IMG/VR virus record: IMGVR_UViG_3300032297_000501
Location: 1-57,346 of that record
Reading direction: 5' to 3' (one strand)
Length of the DNA stretch: 57,346 nucleotides
Source: a virus
Lineage: Duplodnaviria; Caudoviricetes
The notes beneath the pieces were generated by a model. That model saw only the letters and a list, made by a program, of their open reading frames with translations. It ran no database searches and was not told where the DNA came from. Positions within the stretch are counted from its first letter, which is position 1. Each line of letters opens with the position of its first letter. This document shows, in pieces, positions 56,388 to 57,346 of this stretch. The position numbers and the translations under genes are program-made.

Positions 56388-57346
56388 ATGAAAATTAATC
56401 GCTATAATCAAGCTCTGTCAGCATTTGATAGTTGCATTTGTGATGCAGTACAGCTTGCTTCTAACGAATATAAAAATTTAGGAATCATAAATTGGTGGTG
56501 GACATCTGAAGAAGAAGCGCAACTAGAAAATTTAAAAAAGTTTGTTGAGTCACAGGATATATGTTTCTTTATTAGCGAAGAAATTTTCGATCGACATCGC
56601 AGTACTGATATTAACAAAGTATTTGAACTTCTTAATTCATATAATGTTTATTATATTTTGTTTTCTCGTGACCTAACATTAAAAATTCAACCAAATCCAA
56701 GTAAGACTTTTTGTAATCCATGGTTTTTTAAATCTCCTATATATGTACCTTCTAGCTTTACACCAGATCTGGATTATATCGAAAAAGCGTATGCTTTTAA
56801 TTTAATGTTAGGATCTAAAAAGTCGTATAGAACGTTATCATATAAAGTATTAAAAGACAACAAGGATATATATTCTAAATATGTAGGTCATCCTGATTTT
56901 AAATTTGACAGTGTACCTAATTTAGATGAAAGAGAAGTTTACGCTGATCTAATTTCACAAGATGTGGTGCAACATAAATTAAATACAATGAACTTTATTG
57001 AAAAAGGTGATTGTAAGTATCCAATATCGCATGTTATACCAGAAAAAATTTATGCTAACACACATTTTGACATTGTAACAGAAACTTTTGTAAAACAACA
57101 AAATATGTTTATCACAGAAAAAACAGCTAAACCATTAGCTACCGGTAGATTTTTTTGTTGGTTCAATTCAAATAATGTTATAAACTATCTAAGCCAGTTT
57201 GGATTTGACTTTACACATTATGAAGCAGAGTACGACAAAACGTACAATGATGTTGATCGATTAAATGCAATGTTAGAAGTAGTAGAGGAAATTTCTAACA
57301 ATCCTCTTTACATAAAAAATATTTACGAAAAATCAAAGAACGCACG
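56388..57346 (+). CDS. Glycosyltransferase-like protein (GT10-like motif); runs off the window end, not in ORF track
   Basis: Frame open from ATG 56388 to the end; contains FDIVTET...FITEKTAKPL..GRFF...YL..FGF. Confidence 0.6.
   Translation, partial: MKINRYNQALSAFDSCICDAVQLASNEYKNLGIINWWWTSEEEAQLENLKKFVESQDICFFISEEIFDRHRSTDINKVFELLNSYNVYYILFSRDLTLKIQPNPSKTFCNPWFFKSPIYVPSSFTPDLDYIEKAYAFNLMLGSKKSYRTLSYKVLKDNKDIYSKYVGHPDFKFDSVPNLDEREVYADLISQDVVQHKLNTMNFIEKGDCKYPISHVIPEKIYANTHFDIVTETFVKQQNMFITEKTAKPLATGRFFCWFNSNNVINYLSQFGFDFTHYEAEYDKTYNDVDRLNAMLEVVEEISNNPLYIKNIYEKSKNA

Noticed and set aside
1-57346. Stop-codon reassignment as seen in some jumbo phages
   Set aside because: Long genes are intact in the standard code, and TAA, TGA and TAG (for example 5746-5748) all end genes at sensible junctions.
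1-57346. Bacterial chromosome or prophage origin suggested by many host-like genes
   Set aside because: T4-like polB, clamp loader, rnh, late promoter motifs, fibres and dense unidirectional packing indicate a lytic phage; no integrase, rRNA or ribosomal protein genes.
1-57346. tRNA genes
   Set aside because: Intergenic gaps are short and none shows a cloverleaf with a T-loop GTTCRA in context.

Overview
A gene-dense, AT-rich 57 kb segment of a large lytic dsDNA phage (T4-related/jumbo-type architecture). Almost all genes are on the + strand and use the standard genetic code. The host is probably an aquatic proteobacterium; this is inferred only from the look of ClpP, ClpA, the BI-1 protein and PlcP/Agt. 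Contents: replication genes (family B DNA polymerase, clamp loader, probable clamp, T4-like RNase H, a stand-alone DnaE fragment), three giant repeat-rich virion/tail-fibre proteins, a spanin-like pair, and many host-like auxiliary genes (guaC, nadE, PMM, SufE/IscA/NfuA, ClpP/ClpA/DnaJ/GroES-like, phoH, BI-1, radical SAM enzymes, 2OG-Fe(II) oxygenases). Two promoter classes are visible: consensus sigma70 promoters and a T4-late-like (TG)ATAAATA motif. The two best candidates for novel biology are (1) an overlapping ugd-plcP-agt cassette resembling the bacterial phosphate-starvation lipid-remodelling pathway, and (2) a 7-deazaguanine DNA-modification neighbourhood (TGT/DpdA-like, DpdL-like, FolE, QueE) interleaved with a glycosyltransferase, GalE, a phosphoribosyltransferase and a 2OG oxygenase, with a compact candidate pseudoknot in the folE leader. 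All assignments come from motif recognition by eye; no database searches were run.
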